15,619 nt of DNA from Planctomycetota bacterium (GTDB lineage Bacteria; Planctomycetota; SZUA-567): the NCBI GenBank assembly GCA_031548865.1, contig JAVBQR010000186.1, positions 1 to 15,619 of the forward strand, written 5' to 3'. Below, piece by piece: positions 14,700-15,619 of this stretch. A program made the translations under genes and the position numbers. The notes under the pieces are model-generated. The model worked only from the letters and a program-made list of their open reading frames with translations, was not told the origin of the DNA and made no database searches. Each line of letters starts with the position of its first letter. Positions within the stretch are counted from its first letter, which is position 1.

Positions 14700-15619
14700 T
14701 TAGTCCTTGAACATCATCTTTCTGACCACCTTGCCGGCAGCAATGCGAATCTTCGGTAAATACGCCTCCTGCACCACCGCCAAACCCTTGTACAGATGCA
14801 AAGTGTCCTTGTCGATGACGTCCACCGCCCCGTATTCCTTCGCCTTCAGGGCGACCTGCGACTGGTCCTTGGCAATGGTGGAACAGATCACCACCGGCTT
14901 CGGGTAGTGTTGGGACAGGCTCTTCAGGAATTTTAAGCCGTCCAATTTCGGCATGATGATGTCCAGGCTGATGACGTCGGGGTCCAACTCGAGAATCTTG
15001 TCCCTGGCTTCGAAGGCGTCACCCGCTTCGCCGCAGACCTCCATATCCCGGGTGCCGCTGATCGCCTGCACCAGGATTTTCCGGACCAACGGGGAGTCGT
15101 CCACCACCAGGACCTTGGTTTTGCGGGAAGCGATGTCGCGGCGGCGTTCCTCGAGCCGGGCGCCTTCCTCAGTTTTGCTGATCATCTTGACGACCACGTT
15201 GTTTGCCGCGGTGTCGAAGTAAATCCGCCGGCCGCTGGTACCGGCGACGTCTTCGGCGATAATGGGAATGCCGTGCTTTTTCAGGAGGGTCCGGGCCATG
15301 GCGATGTTTTTGCCGCCGATATCCGAAGTGGTCCCGAGATGCCCCACGACCGCGCCGCCGCCGTAGATTTTCGCCACCATCTTGCCCTTTTCGTCGAGAC
15401 GGCGCATCAGGCCGACGATGGTTTCTATGGAACTGTCGCCGTAACGACCTTTGTCGGGATCGCTGCCGCCGGGATTCGTCGCCAACAGGTAATGGTTCAT
15501 GGCGGCGTACGGCTTCGTTTCGTGGCGCAGACAAACCGATACGCAACTGCCCAGGAGGGTGGCCATATGGCAGGCAGTGCGGGCGACGTGAAATTCGCCC
15601 GGTAACAGAAACACGCGTT
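14700..15619 (-). CDS. cheD: CheD (chemoreceptor glutamine deamidase) domain fused to a C-terminal CheB-type receiver domain; 5' end runs off the window
   Basis: The N-terminal ~160 aa are CheD-like (GEFHVAR...ATLLGSCVSVCL...AMNHYLLA...KIYGGGAVVG). The C-terminal REC resembles the CheB N-terminal receiver (KVLVVDDSPLVRKIL..AISGTRDMEV...AFEARDKILELDPDVISLDIIMPKLDGLKFLKSL...PVVICST..K). No methylesterase domain follows, only a tail of ~30 aa. The ORF is open to the window edge, and the listed 15614 GTG is probably not the true start. Confidence 0.75.
   Translation of the reverse strand, partial: RVFLLPGEFHVARTACHMATLLGSCVSVCLRHETKPYAAMNHYLLATNPGGSDPDKGRYGDSSIETIVGLMRRLDEKGKMVAKIYGGGAVVGHLGTTSDIGGKNIAMARTLLKKHGIPIIAEDVAGTSGRRIYFDTAANNVVVKMISKTEEGARLEERRRDIASRKTKVLVVDDSPLVRKILVQAISGTRDMEVCGEAGDAFEARDKILELDPDVISLDIIMPKLDGLKFLKSLSQHYPKPVVICSTIAKDQSQVALKAKEYGAVDVIDKDTLHLYKGLAVVQEAYLPKIRIAAGKVVRKMMFKD

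Overview
This is a GC-rich, Desulfovibrio-like (deltaproteobacterial sulfate reducer) chromosomal segment. That assignment is inferred from how closely the rubrerythrin and desulfoferrodoxin resemble their D. vulgaris and D. baarsii homologues.

Gene order across the window:
- Minus strand: an Isf-type iron-sulfur flavoprotein, translationally coupled to a Pro-rich single-TM membrane protein.
- A 580-bp AT-rich intergenic region carrying a consensus sigma70 promoter and an intrinsic terminator, which makes it an sRNA or micro-ORF candidate.
- Plus strand: rbr and dfx (rubrerythrin and desulfoferrodoxin), ending in a strong terminator.
- Minus strand: a 1365-aa orphan CheA hybrid with the architecture HPt, ~400-aa disordered linker, dimerization/kinase core, two CheW-like domains and a REC domain. 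It has its own promoter and a 23-bp palindrome in its 5' UTR.
- An AT-rich, probably horizontally acquired toxin-antitoxin patch: two paralogous VapB-like antitoxins followed by a single vapC (PIN) gene whose start overlaps the proximal antitoxin's stop.
- Plus strand: an ABC exporter (TMD-NBD) carrying an N-terminal PH-like domain and a zinc ribbon.
- Plus strand: a HigB/Gp49-like RelE-family toxin followed by a 60-aa non-HTH small ORF.
- About 550 bp with no convincing ORF, closed by a strong intrinsic terminator.
- Minus strand, at the right edge: a CheD domain fused to a CheB-type receiver (truncated by the window end), then a flotillin-like SPFH membrane protein whose N-terminal SPFH beta segment is triplicated, then queD.

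No rRNA, tRNA or CRISPR array is visible. Most of the other long ORFs in the six-frame track are GC-skew shadow ORFs.
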